NCBI GenBank assembly: GCA_051313645.2
Contig: JBNRSN020000009.1
Coordinates: 44,888,001-44,952,000, forward strand
Length of the DNA: 64,000 nt
DNA from: Centroscyllium fabricii
Lineage: Eukaryota
Direction: 5' to 3'
Numbering within the stretch: position 1 is the first letter of the stretch; the number at the start of each line of letters is the position of its first letter. This document shows, in pieces, positions 11,678-22,208 of this stretch. The translations under genes were made by a program, and so were the position numbers. Below the pieces are notes generated by a model, which saw only the letters and a program-made list of their open reading frames with translations, did no database searches and was not told where the DNA came from.

Positions 11678-14600
11678 AGGGAGTCGTACTGGTGAGCCGA
11701 ACTCCGATTAGACTCTCTTCAAATTCACGGCCTTTGTGCCAGGCTCGACTTCTTCTGCCGTCAGGATCTCGGAAGTTTGCCATATTTATCGACTCGGGGG
11801 CAGATGTTAATATCATTGATAAGGACCTGGTTACACAGTTGGGGATCGACCGGTGTCCACTGCCGCAACCTGTTGCTGCCAACGCTCTTGATGGCCACCT
11901 TCTGGGAACAGTGACTCATCAGACGTCGCCCATTCACTTATTGTTTTCAGGGAATCATCATGAAAGCATTCGGTTCCATATCCTGGATTCGCCTCAGCTT
12001 CCTCTTATTCTGGGACACGCGTGGCTTCGTCGTCACAATCCCCACATTGACTGGAACACGGGAGCCATTTTGGGTTGGAGTCATTCCTGTCACCAAGTCT
12101 GCTTAAAACAAGCCACTGGAGGCCGTCAGTCGGTCACACCTCTTCCCAGTTCTGATCTCTCTGCGGTTCCTACCGAGTATCATGATTTCAGGGAGGTATT
12201 TAGTAAGGCTAGAGCCACTTCGCTACCTCCACATCGCCCATACGATTGTGCTATTGATTTATTACCAGGCTCCTCTCCACCCAGGGGGCGCCTGTATTCA
12301 CTATCGGCACCTGAGAGGAGGGCCATGGAGGTCTATATCGAGGACTCAATATCTGCTGGGATCATCCGTTCTTCCTCTTCTCCAGCAGGGGCAGGATTCT
12401 TCTTCGTTGGCAAGAAGGACGGTTCGCTCCGGCCTTGTATCGATTATAGAGGACTTAATGATATCACTATCAAGAATCGGTATCCTCTGCCTCTTATCTC
12501 GTCAGCATTTGAATTAATTCAGGGAGCTACCATCTTTTCTAAATTGGATCTGCGCAACGCGTACCATCTGGTCCGGATAAGAGAGGGCGATGAGTGGAAA
12601 ACCGCTTTCAACACTCCGTCTGGCCATTACGAATATCTAGTTATGCCGTTCGGGTTAACCAACGCCCCGGCGGTATTTCAAGCCCTGGTCAACGACGTTC
12701 TTCGGGACATGCTGAATATTTTTGTTTTTGTGTACATGGACGATATTCTGATATTTTCAAAGACTCAGGAGGAACATGTGCATCACGTACAGACGGTTTT
12801 GCAAAGGCTTCTAGAAAACTCTTTATTTGTAAAAGCCGAGAAATGTGAGTTTCATGTGACCACCGTTTCATTCCTGGGCTATATCATCGCGCAGGGGAGC
12901 GTGCGAATGGACCCGGAGAAGGTGACAGCCGTTACGTCTTGGCCTAGTCCGGAGAATCGCAAGCAATTACAACGGTTCTTGGGTTTCGCTAACTTTTACC
13001 GAAGATTTATTCGGGGCTATAGCACGGTAGCGGCACCATTATCGGCGCTTACATCTTCTAAGGTGCCATTCAGATGGTCTATCGCTGCTGAGGAGGCGTT
13101 TAAGGAACTCAGGTCCCGCTTTACTTCGGCTCCCATTCTGCAGGTGCCTGACCCGGATCAACAATTTGTAGTAGAGGTGGATGCATCGGATGTGGGAGTT
13201 GGAGCCATCTTATCGCAGAAGTCAGTTTCGGACCAGAAGATCCATCCATGTGCCTTCTTCTCCAAGCGTCTTTCACCAGCAGAAATGAATTATGATATCG
13301 GGGACAGAGAATTGCTGGCGGTCAAGATGGCCTTAGAGGAGTGGCGCCACTGGCTGGAGGGGACCAAGCTGCCATTTCTTGTGTGGACGGATCACAAAAA
13401 TTTGGAGTATATACGTACGGCCAAAAGGCTAAATTCGCGTCAGGCTAGGTGGTCTCTTTTTTTTACGCGATTCCACTTCACCCTCTCCTACAGGCCTGGC
13501 TCCCGCAACATCAAACCCGATGCTCTATCGCGCCTATTTACGAGAGAGGAGGGTTCCGCCCCAGGGCCAGACCTCATTTTGCCAGCCTCCTGCCGTATTG
13601 CTGCGGTTACATGGGAGATCGAGGAGAGGGTAAGAGCAGCTGCGGGGGAGCAGGGCGGGCCCAGCGGTTGTCCTCCCGACCGTTTGTTTGTGCCTAAGAA
13701 CATTCGATCGGATGTCCTTCAGTGGGCTCATGCGTCCAAGCTGTCCTGCCATCCTGGGGCACTCAGGACCAAGGAGGTGATTTTGCGAAGGTTCTGGTGG
13801 GACACGCTAGAGGAGGATACTCGGAGTTTCGTCAATGCCTGTCCGATTTGCAACCAGCACAAGTCTTCTCGGCGGGCACCTGCTGGCCTGCTTCAACCAT
13901 TGCCTATACCCCATCGGCCTTGGTCTCACATAGCCCTGGATTTTGTCACAGGACTACCCTCATCCAAGGGACTGACCACGGTGCTAACGGTGGTGGACAG
14001 GTTTAGCAAGATGGCACATTTTATACCCTTGGCTAAGCTGCCCTCTGCTAAAGAAACTGCAGAGCTCATGTTGCAGCACGTGTTTCGGCTTCATGGGCTT
14101 CCGGTGGATGTGGTGTCTGATCGAGGTCCCCAATTTACTTCGATATTTTGGAGGGAGTTCTGCAGTCTCATCGGGGCCAAGGTCAGTCTGTCGTCGGGAT
14201 TCCATCCCCAGTCTAATGGACAATCGGAGAGGATGAATCAGGAGATGGAGAAGGCACTTCGGTGCATGATCTCCAAAAATCCCTCTTCCTGGTCCACATT
14301 ACTATTGTGGGTGGAGTATGCGCACAACACGCTGACTAGTTCCGCTACAGGACTTTCGCCCTTTCAGTGCGCATATGGGTTCCAGCCTCCATTGTTTCCG
14401 GACCTAGAGAAAGAGGTATCTTGTCCGTCCGTCCAGGACTTCATCCAACGATGCCACAGGACATGGGAACAAGCGCGGATGTCGCTCCTTCGCTCGGCGG
14501 ATCGATACTCGGCTTCGGCCAACCGTCGTCGTTCTACTGCTCCGGAGTATCGGGTCGGGCAGAAGGTTTGGCTCTCCACAAAGGATCTGCCTCTCCAAGT

Positions 14601-15150
14601 GGAGTCCAAAAAACTCGCTCCCAGATTTATCGGACCATTCGTGGTTGAAAGGATCATTAACCCCGCTGCGGTACGACTCAAGCTCCCCAAGTCCATGAGG
14701 GTTCATCCCACTTTCCACGTATCACGTATAAAGCCTGCTCAGGAGAGTGCCTTAGTACCCGTTTCCGCACCCCCTCCACCTCCTCGTATGCTCGACGGTG
14801 GATTAGTGTACACGGTCCGTCGTTTGCTTGACTCCCGTCGCCGAGGAAAGGGACTTCAGTACCTAGTGGACTGGGAAGGGTATGGTCCTGAGGAGAGGTC
14901 CTGGGTCCCTGCTCGGAATATCATGGATCCCAAACTTATTTCCGACTTTCGCAAACAGCACCCTGGTCAACCGAGAAAGGGGAGGGCGATTCCTAGGAGA
15001 CCTGGACAGGTTTTCGACCCCATTTTGAGTCAGGTGGACCTGGACGATAGGGTGGCATCTGATGACGAGGGCCCTGAAATAATGGGGCAGGATGATTCTG
15101 TTTCACCAGATGAGGAGATGGACATTGACAAGAGACCCGAAAATTGTTAG
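11608..15150 (+). CDS. Chromovirus Pol (PR-RT-RNaseH-IN-chromodomain), in the -1 frame relative to gag
   Basis: [43 protein letters not shown] chromodomain; ORF uninterrupted. Confidence 0.95.
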   Translation: MPILWSGRPFCRRMPGKRPDSPVEGVVLVSRTPIRLSSNSRPLCQARLLLPSGSRKFAIFIDSGADVNIIDKDLVTQLGIDRCPLPQPVAANALDGHLLGTVTHQTSPIHLLFSGNHHESIRFHILDSPQLPLILGHAWLRRHNPHIDWNTGAILGWSHSCHQVCLKQATGGRQSVTPLPSSDLSAVPTEYHDFREVFSKARATSLPPHRPYDCAIDLLPGSSPPRGRLYSLSAPERRAMEVYIEDSISAGIIRSSSSPAGAGFFFVGKKDGSLRPCIDYRGLNDITIKNRYPLPLISSAFELIQGATIFSKLDLRNAYHLVRIREGDEWKTAFNTPSGHYEYLVMPFGLTNAPAVFQALVNDVLRDMLNIFVFVYMDDILIFSKTQEEHVHHVQTVLQRLLENSLFVKAEKCEFHVTTVSFLGYIIAQGSVRMDPEKVTAVTSWPSPENRKQLQRFLGFANFYRRFIRGYSTVAAPLSALTSSKVPFRWSIAAEEAFKELRSRFTSAPILQVPDPDQQFVVEVDASDVGVGAILSQKSVSDQKIHPCAFFSKRLSPAEMNYDIGDRELLAVKMALEEWRHWLEGTKLPFLVWTDHKNLEYIRTAKRLNSRQARWSLFFTRFHFTLSYRPGSRNIKPDALSRLFTREEGSAPGPDLILPASCRIAAVTWEIEERVRAAAGEQGGPSGCPPDRLFVPKNIRSDVLQWAHASKLSCHPGALRTKEVILRRFWWDTLEEDTRSFVNACPICNQHKSSRRAPAGLLQPLPIPHRPWSHIALDFVTGLPSSKGLTTVLTVVDRFSKMAHFIPLAKLPSAKETAELMLQHVFRLHGLPVDVVSDRGPQFTSIFWREFCSLIGAKVSLSSGFHPQSNGQSERMNQEMEKALRCMISKNPSSWSTLLLWVEYAHNTLTSSATGLSPFQCAYGFQPPLFPDLEKEVSCPSVQDFIQRCHRTWEQARMSLLRSADRYSASANRRRSTAPEYRVGQKVWLSTKDLPLQVESKKLAPRFIGPFVVERIINPAAVRLKLPKSMRVHPTFHVSRIKPAQESALVPVSAPPPPPRMLDGGLVYTVRRLLDSRRRGKGLQYLVDWEGYGPEERSWVPARNIMDPKLISDFRKQHPGQPRKGRAIPRRPGQVFDPILSQVDLDDRVASDDEGPEIMGQDDSVSPDEEMDIDKRPENC

Positions 15151-17274
15151 TTCCTTCTCCCCGCCAACCCGGTTGTAGGCGATTGGGTTTTGGGGACGTC
15201 AGGTGGCGTCCCTTAAGGGGGGGGTTCTGTCATGGGTGGACTGTCACTTTAAATGTCTAGGCTGCAGTTCATTATTGGATCATCACCTATTGTAATGTAA
15301 CACATCTGATTGGTCTAAATTCTAGATATAAGCCACCTGTTAGCCCTAGGACTTTGTCGGAGTGTTATTTCTATGCTGCTGGTTTAAGAGTTCTGTTATT
15401 TCCTGTTACCTGTTATTTCTGGAGTTATATTTGTATTCGTTTCCAATCGTTTTGGATTCCTGGTTCCTGCCGTGTGAGATTACCTGGTACACCGATCAAG
15501 GAGTGTCCTTTCCTGAACTGTGATTATTGGAAGTACTGCAGCACCAGACTTTTGGGCCTTGCTTTTTCAACCACCAAGGATTTGGGTTTGGACATTTGAA
15601 CTCTGGCTTACCGGCTATCGGTATCTTGGACTACTGTTTCTTTATTGTGCATTGTGGATTATACTCTATGTGTTTTGATATCTTTATATGCACTGTTGTT
15701 ATAATTAGGATTAAAGCACCCATTTACTATAGACTGTTTCCGGTGTTCTGCTATTGGGTTCGAAACCGAACCATTACAAGAGAAAAGCAGGACCAGCCAG
15801 CAAGGCCAAGGGACGCGGCAAAGCCACCAAGCGCGCCCAAGAAGTGATAGAGGACAGCCCGAGGGAAGCAGCTGTACCTCAAGACATCCCTCCAGCACAT
15901 GGAGCCGACCCAGATCTTCCCTCGACAGAGGAAGAGCGTCCGCAGGAGGAGGAAGACCAGTCGCACGAGGTCGAGCTGGAGGCCGACGATGCTGCCGACG
16001 GGGAAGCTCCTCCATCCCCGGGGTCACAGGGGTCCAAGCCAAAGAAGGCGAGGCTCCTGTCAAAACTGACTGACGGAGAACAAGAGGAGGTAACTGTTAT
16101 ATTTATATGTGATATTCCTTTATTAATAATCACTATCGTCAATTTGATTTTGTATACAACTATATTAATTTTATTCTAGGTGGCCCTCTTTCTGGAAGCC
16201 CACGACTTCATATATAACAAGAGGCGTGCGGACCACTGCTTCGCTGACCAGAAAAACAGGGCGTGGGAGGACCTGGCCAAGAGGATGGGCAAGCAGGTGA
16301 AGGCCCTGACAACCTTCTTTGACAGTATCAGGACACAGACGGGGAAGATGAGGAGGAGCAAGAGTGGCCAGGGAACCTTGGAGCTGACTGAGAGGCAGCA
16401 GTGGATCTGGAGCCGCTTCCAGTTCCTCGTACCGCACATCGGCCAGGACATGAGGCGGACCGTGCAGAGCCTCAAGCCTGCTACCACACAGCCGGCTACT
16501 GGAGATCCTGAGGACAGGGATCATGACGTGGACCTGCAGGAAGGTAATGTGACCACGCCACCGCAGGACATCACCCCAAGCTCCACCATCACCACCGCCA
16601 GCAGCTCCAGAGGTGGCAGAGGAAAGGGGAGAGGGTCAGCCATGGAGGAAGAGGAGGACATTGCAGGGGAGATGGCCAGCTTGAGGGAGAGGCAGAGAGA
16701 GCTGCTCCAGATCCTGCAAGCACCCCCTGTTCCTGCTGTTCCCTTTCCGGACCGCCTCAAGTTTTGCGAATTTTTGGGGCATGCATTTCAGCGACTGCCC
16801 ACCCCTATGTACATACAGCTGAGGGACAAAATATCGCTGCTCCTATCCGAAGCTGAAAGTGAGGTGGATGAAATGGAGCAGTCCCGCCAGGCAGAATAGC
16901 TAGCACCACCTCCACCACAACCAGCAGCCTCTCGACATAGACCACGCACCTCATCCACCCTGCCCATGCCGCCTCCTCGTCAGTGGCATCAACCCTACCA
17001 ACAGCAAGGCCAGTGGCAGGCACATCAGTCGCAGTGGCCCTCAAAGCCTGTGATTCCTCATGCTTGGCATCCCGCTGAAAGATCCTGGATTGATCAGCAG
17101 GCAGGAACCTCCAGGCACAGTGATTCCCCCACGTACACGACCCTTAATCCACCTGCAGACAGCCAACAGCCTGACATGAGTGCACCACTGGATGACTCTT
17201 TTGTCAGCCTCTCTGAACACGACACTGAACAGGAGGAATTGGAATATCATTAACATATGTTGTTAATTGTAAGT

Positions 17275-17660
17275 TCAAAAAATTTATTGTTACATGTTAG
17301 TTCTAAAAATTTGTTGTAATAATAATAGTTCTAAAAATTTGTTGTTATATGTTAGTTCTAAAAATTTGTTGTTATATGTTAGTTCTAAAAATTTGTTGTT
17401 ATATGTTAGTTCTAAAAATTTGTGGTTATAATAATAGTTCTAAAAATTTGTGGTTATATGTTAGTTATAAAAATGTGTTGTTATATGTTAGTTATAAAAA
17501 TGTGTTATATGTTAGTTCTAAAAATTTGTGGTTATAATAATAGTTCTAAAAATTTGTGGTTATATGTTAGTTATAAAAATTTGTTGTTATATGTTAGTTA
17601 TAAAAATTTGTGGTTATAATAATAGTTCTAAAAATTTGTGGTTATATGTAAGTTCTAATT
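17275..17660. repeat. AT-rich minisatellite (about 27-bp unit) between the Harbinger genes
   Basis: Repeats of ttgttgttatatgttagttctaaaaat and variants. Confidence 0.9.
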
Positions 17661-18054
17661 TTTTTTTACCAATATACCTTGTTTGCTGTTTAAATCCTGG
17701 TTTCCTTTTGTTGCTTAACACGTTATTTATCACAATAAAAATAACTTTCAAATTAAAATTGTCTCAATTTATCCAAAAAGTCACACAACACCAGTTTCAT
17801 AGTCCAACGGTTTTATTTCAAATCACAAGCTTTCGGTGCTTTTGCCCCTTCGACATGTAACACAGAGAGACTGAAGTCAAAGATCACACATGGGGGAGGG
17901 GAGAAATCTGATCTTATACATCTAACCCTTGAGCACACAAAGGCAAATTATCATACTTTAACACCTCAGTCTATTATCCATATTTATCCATTTATCCTCA
18001 ATTTAACCATAATCACAGGAAATGTCAAATCACTGTCATTGTGTATCCTGAAAT

Positions 18055-19359
18055 TCAAACTTGGTTGTTCAGTCCTGCCACTCTCTCCTGCCACGGAACA
18101 GATCCTGCAGCACTGTTGAAGTAAGCTGTGAGGTAGTCCCTCTGGATCTTGCCCATCTGATGGTCTATGTTGCGTGCATAGGGGTGTGGAACCGCGTGCA
18201 TCTGCATGCCGTCCCTCCAGGCTCCAGGGATGATGTTGTGGTTGTCATCCTCGTGGTCCACCTCTGCGTTTCCAATGGCGGGGAACCTGATCCTCATGAG
18301 GTTGTGAAGGAGGACAGCTGTTTCCACCATGGTGTGCACCGTATCCGGATGTTGTTCGAGGGTTCCAAGGAAACATCTCCATCTGCTGGCCATGATTCCA
18401 AAGCCATTCTCCACCACGCGTCTGCCCCTTGAGATTCGGTAGTTGGCCACCATCATCTCATCACTGAGACCCCTCCTGGAGTAGGGTTTCATGAGGAAAG
18501 TTCTGAGGCCAAAAGCATCGTCTCCCAGGATGAAGTAGGGCGTGTCTTTGTCATCATTAGGCAGAGGGTCGTCGTCAGGGAAGTGGATGGTGTGGTCATC
18601 GATGCATTCCCTCAGTTGTGAGGCCCCAAATATCTGTCCATCAGATTGATGACCTTGTCCACCAGTGTCAATCCAGATGAACTTGTAATCAGCATCCACC
18701 ATGGCCAGCAGAACCACGGAGAAGAAGCTCTTGTAGTTGTAGTAGAGACTGCCGGACTTGGGTGGTTTCTTGAGGGCTATGTGTTTGCCATCCAAGGACC
18801 CCAGGGCATGAGGAACATTCCACCGGTCTTGGAACTGCTGGGCAATGGCTTTCCAGTCCTCCTGGGTCCGGGGCAGTGGCATGACCTCGTCCTTTAGCGC
18901 TTGAATGATGGCGTGGCACACCTCCTTGACGATCACTCCCACGTTGCTCCTGCCACATCTGAAGTCGTAGTGGAGGGTCGGGTACCCGTCTCCTGTAGCC
19001 AGGTGTCTGAGGGTGAGGGCCAGCTTCAGTCCAGCTTCTAGGGGTGGTCTCAGGCGGGTGTGCTGCCTCTGGATGACAGGGGTGATCCTTTGGAGGAGCT
19101 CATCAAACATCTGGGGTGGCATTCTGACATAGTTGGTGAAGGAGTTCTCATCTTCCACCCTCAGTTCCTGCAACAGTCTGTTGTAGTGCCCATATTGTAG
19201 CCTTCTAGCAGGTGTCAGCCATGGTCGAACCCACCAGCGCTTGCGTCTTCTCTGTCTTCTTGGGGGTTCCCTTCTTCTCCGGTTCTCTAACACCAGCAGT
19301 TGGTGTTGGTGCTCCAATTCCATGGCCAGAGCCACACATGCTTTCCGTTGAACATCCAT
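18055..19359 (-). CDS. Harbinger (HARBI1-like) DDE transposase, intact, 434 aa
   Basis: GSLDGKHI, YYNYKSFFS, ILGDDAFGL, RRVVENGFGIMASRW; TATA-like tataaaa about 40 nt upstream. Confidence 0.95.
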   Translation of the reverse strand: MDVQRKACVALAMELEHQHQLLVLENRRRREPPRRQRRRKRWWVRPWLTPARRLQYGHYNRLLQELRVEDENSFTNYVRMPPQMFDELLQRITPVIQRQHTRLRPPLEAGLKLALTLRHLATGDGYPTLHYDFRCGRSNVGVIVKEVCHAIIQALKDEVMPLPRTQEDWKAIAQQFQDRWNVPHALGSLDGKHIALKKPPKSGSLYYNYKSFFSVVLLAMVDADYKFIWIDTGGQGHQSDGQIFGASQLRECIDDHTIHFPDDDPLPNDDKDTPYFILGDDAFGLRTFLMKPYSRRGLSDEMMVANYRISRGRRVVENGFGIMASRWRCFLGTLEQHPDTVHTMVETAVLLHNLMRIRFPAIGNAEVDHEDDNHNIIPGAWRDGMQMHAVPHPYARNIDHQMGKIQRDYLTAYFNSAAGSVPWQERVAGLNNQV

Positions 19360-19964
19360 TGTGGAAATGACCTGTTCAACCGGGGTTCAGGTGATTTTTA
19401 TAGCCTTTCGTCAACCAAGAATATGCCCGAATGTCAAGAACAATGCCGATTATCAAAAACTATTCGTAGATAATTCGTAGTAGTCGTAACTTAATCGTGG
19501 AGGTCGTAGTGGATTCGTACAATAATTCGGCATATTCGTAAGTGAGACGTACCTTATTCGTACAATTCTTACCTGATTCTTTGAATTCGTACTTGTTTCT
19601 TAAACCATTCTTGGCATTCGGCATATCTTTCAAGCGGAATAGCCACGAATAATTCGTGATAGATTCGTAACAGCTTCGTACCTTCTCCCGAATCACCACG
19701 AAATTTCTCATTTTTTGCCGAATCGCCACGAATTTCGATTCGGGACGATTCGGGACGATTCGGCATATTCGTAGCCTCAGTGAAAGCGGGGCTTTAGTGT
19801 TAGGGGGATTAAATATGTGGGGTTACGGGGATAGGGTGGGATATGTGTCGGTGTAGGCTCGATGGGCCGAAATGGCCTCTATCTGCACTGTAGGGATTCT
19901 ATGATTCTATGATACCATACAAGCCACTCGGCATCCAGTGCTGCAATCTCCCTCACACTCCCCC

Positions 19965-20195
19965 CAATCCCAGGACACCGAGGATAACTCTCCTGCTCCT
20001 CTTCAAAATAGTGCAATGGGATCTTTTACATCCACCTGAGAGAGCTCGGGGCCTCAGTTTAATGTCTCATCCGAAAGACGGTGCCTCCGACAGTGCAGCA
20101 CTCCCTCAGTACTGCCCTGGAGTGTCAGCCTAGATTTTTGTGCTCAAGTCTCTGGAGTGGGACTTGAACCTACAACCTGAGCCACGGCTGGCACT
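19965..20195 (-). mobile_element. Deu-domain SINE (SacSINE1/AmnSINE1-like)
   Basis: gggatcttttacatccacctgagag...ccgacagtgcagcactccctcagtactg...ggacttgaacc. Confidence 0.7.
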
Positions 20196-21215
20196 GCGTA
20201 GATGAATTTCATACATCAATGGATAGATGAAGATTTTATCAAGGTATCTTTGTAAATCTAATAAAGAATGAGGGTTATTAATAATGGACTCTGAATCACC
20301 TCATTGCAGGCTACTAGGAAGCTAGTTAGATGCTACAATGTAATTGAAGGGTTCAGGTAGAATATTGGCAACTTATTATTGGCAACTATAAATACTTGAA
20401 GGGAAAACATTTACAGGGCTGTAGGGAAAGAGCAGGGGAGTGGGATTAATTGGATAGCTTTGCCAAAGAGCCGGCACAAGCAGCATGGGTCGAATGGCCT
20501 CCTGTGCTGTATCATTCTGTGATTCTATTTAGTTTGAACTGAATAAGCTTTAGGGGGAGAAGCTTTGAGGGGATGTGCAGGTTTGCAGCTTAAAACACCA
20601 TCCTAAAAACCTTATCTACAGAGTAATCATCGCCAACATGTGGAATAAACAGCTACACAATACAGCGAATACTGGCTCAGCTGAATCATGAAAGGGAATT
20701 CAGTCACCAGAAAAGAGTAAATAAGAACATGAAGAATGCTCAGACTGGGTCCTGAATGGTGTGGTTCCCCTCTAATGTGCTTAAGAATTTGTCCAACCCT
20801 TTAAACCGAGCGATGAAGAATGGACTGCTCAGATGTGGAGACTATTATAGTTCAGTGCTGTGTGCAAACAGTTTCAGCATGAGGTGAATACTTGTGTACA
20901 CATTTTTTCTGAAGTCATTAGTTAAGGATTTTAAAAGAACCAAGCACTGAATCCAATGCCCAACCAGTGGTTACCATAGCAGCCCACACACTGGAATACA
21001 TGTTCCAGACCTTTTGGCTGCTTGAGTGGTTGGCCTCGGAAAACCACACACTAAAACCTGGAATAACAACAGAAAATGCTGGAAAAACTTGGTATCTCGT
21101 CTCATTTTGAATACCTCTTAATGTCTCTTCTCTTTTGTTTTCTCTTCCCTTCTGTTCCCTCCCAGCTCCCCCGGCCTTCTCACCTGTTTCATTTCCTTGC
21201 TTCAGTCTTGACAAA

Positions 21216-21768
21216 CATAGAAACATAGAAGATAGGAGCAGGAGTAGGCCATTCGGCCCTTCGAGCCTGCTCCGCCATTCAATGAGATCATGGCTGATCA
21301 TCCAAATTCAGTACCCTGTGATGCACAATCAATCACAACCAGTCGAAGGTTCGATGCAACCGAGGCTTTTATTGACTTAGAACTGTTGCTCACAGGTCTG
21401 GCGATCTTCTGAGTCAAAGTGAAAGCACCCAGGTGTGCAGGCACTTTTATACCATGTGGGCGGAGCCTGAAGAGGAAGCTAAGGAGCTGAGTCCTCCCAG
21501 ACATGTCCTCCCAGACAAGACAAGGAGTCACAACTACACATACAGGTACAGTAATTACAAGGAGGGGACACAGGGGGGAGACACTATACAATATATACAA
21601 CATGGTGGTTTACCACACCCTGTCCCTGCCTTCTCCCCATATCCCTCGATCCCCACCGAACCCACACCGACACATATCCCACCCTATCCCCGTAACCCCA
21701 CATATTCAATCCCCCTAACACTAAGGGTCAATTTATCATGGCCAATCAACCTAACCCGCACATCTTTG
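21216..21768 (-). mobile_element. 5'-truncated composite SINE
   Basis: TSD gacaaa; SINE body plus CR1 tail. Confidence 0.85.
21319..21617 (-). mobile_element. Solo LTR (Gypsy)
   Basis: tgatgcac...tttaccaca ends like the LTRs at 52368 and 61522; TSD CCCTG. Confidence 0.88.
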
Positions 21769-22208
21769 GACAAAGGGTCCTAACCCGAAACGTCGACTTT
21801 ATATTTCCCTCTTCGCGGACGTTGCCTGGCCTGCTGAGTTTTTCCAGCGTTTTCTGTTATTTCGGATTTCCAGCATCGGCAGTATTCTGCTATCATCACT
21901 AAAACCTGAAGCTGCTGCCATAGTGTCAGCTGGTGATGTTGCACAAGACATCTTGTGCTCCGGCCAATGTGTAATGGCCTGTGGAGAGTTAAAGGTCGTT
22001 ACAAGGGATTCAGTACCAATTGCAAGAGCGAGGGTTAATAGATTTTTTTATATGGTTTGACAACAATCCACAACAAACTGCTTAAGCATAGCTGACATTA
22101 ACCTGGAGCTTAGGCAAATACAAGTAGATTTATTCCACAAAGAGTTATTCACCATTTGGAATATAAGCTTAAAATTACACAAAACCCTTGCCGTGCTCCA
22201 ATTCCATT

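Larger units (their letters stand above)
10155..15778 (+). mobile_element. Full-length Ty3/Gypsy chromovirus (Tf1/sushi group)
   Basis: LTRs 10155-10703 and 15228-15778 (TG..CA; only a 2-bp indel seen); TSD AGAGA; PPT aagggggggg; self-priming site 10705-10715 complementary to 10283-10293. Confidence 0.97.
10146..17253 (+). pseudogene. Harbinger accessory Myb/SANT(MADF)-like protein, disrupted
   Basis: ATG AAG AGA | LTR element | AAA GCA GGA... (15784-16089); GT-AG intron 16090-16179; exon 2 FIYNKRRADH...KNRAWEDLAKRMG; premature TAG at 16897, same frame open to TAA at 17253. Confidence 0.85.
9674..19793. mobile_element. PIF/Harbinger DNA transposon with two convergent genes
   Basis: About 47-bp TIRs agccctcttttcactgaggctacgaatat...; TSD TTA; subterminal cgaat/attcg arrays; transposase plus Myb/MADF gene. 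Confidence 0.95.
9474..19912 (+). mobile_element. HE1/V-SINE-like tRNA SINE (9474-9673 + 19797-19912) split by the Harbinger element
   Basis: tRNA head tggttagcactg...ggttcaaatcc, V-domain tgtgtggagtttgcacattctcccc, (gattctat)n tail; halves rejoin across the TTA TSD. Confidence 0.9.
21061..21896 (+). mobile_element. Short Penelope-like element with an interrupted hammerhead motif, hosting a SINE and a solo LTR
   Basis: TSD cactaaaacctg; inverted ends cagaaaatgctggaaaaact / agtttttccagcgttttctg; agtc-ttgacaa-agggtcctaaccc-gaaacgtc-gact after removing the SINE. Confidence 0.65.

Noticed and set aside
17275-17660. Regular repeats resembling a CRISPR array, and the MLVLKICCY ORFs
   Set aside because: No unique spacers; eukaryotic minisatellite giving artefactual ORFs
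20640-22200. Possible relic exon on the minus strand (ctctccacag...gctatg|gtaacc)
   Set aside because: No protein family recognised in any frame
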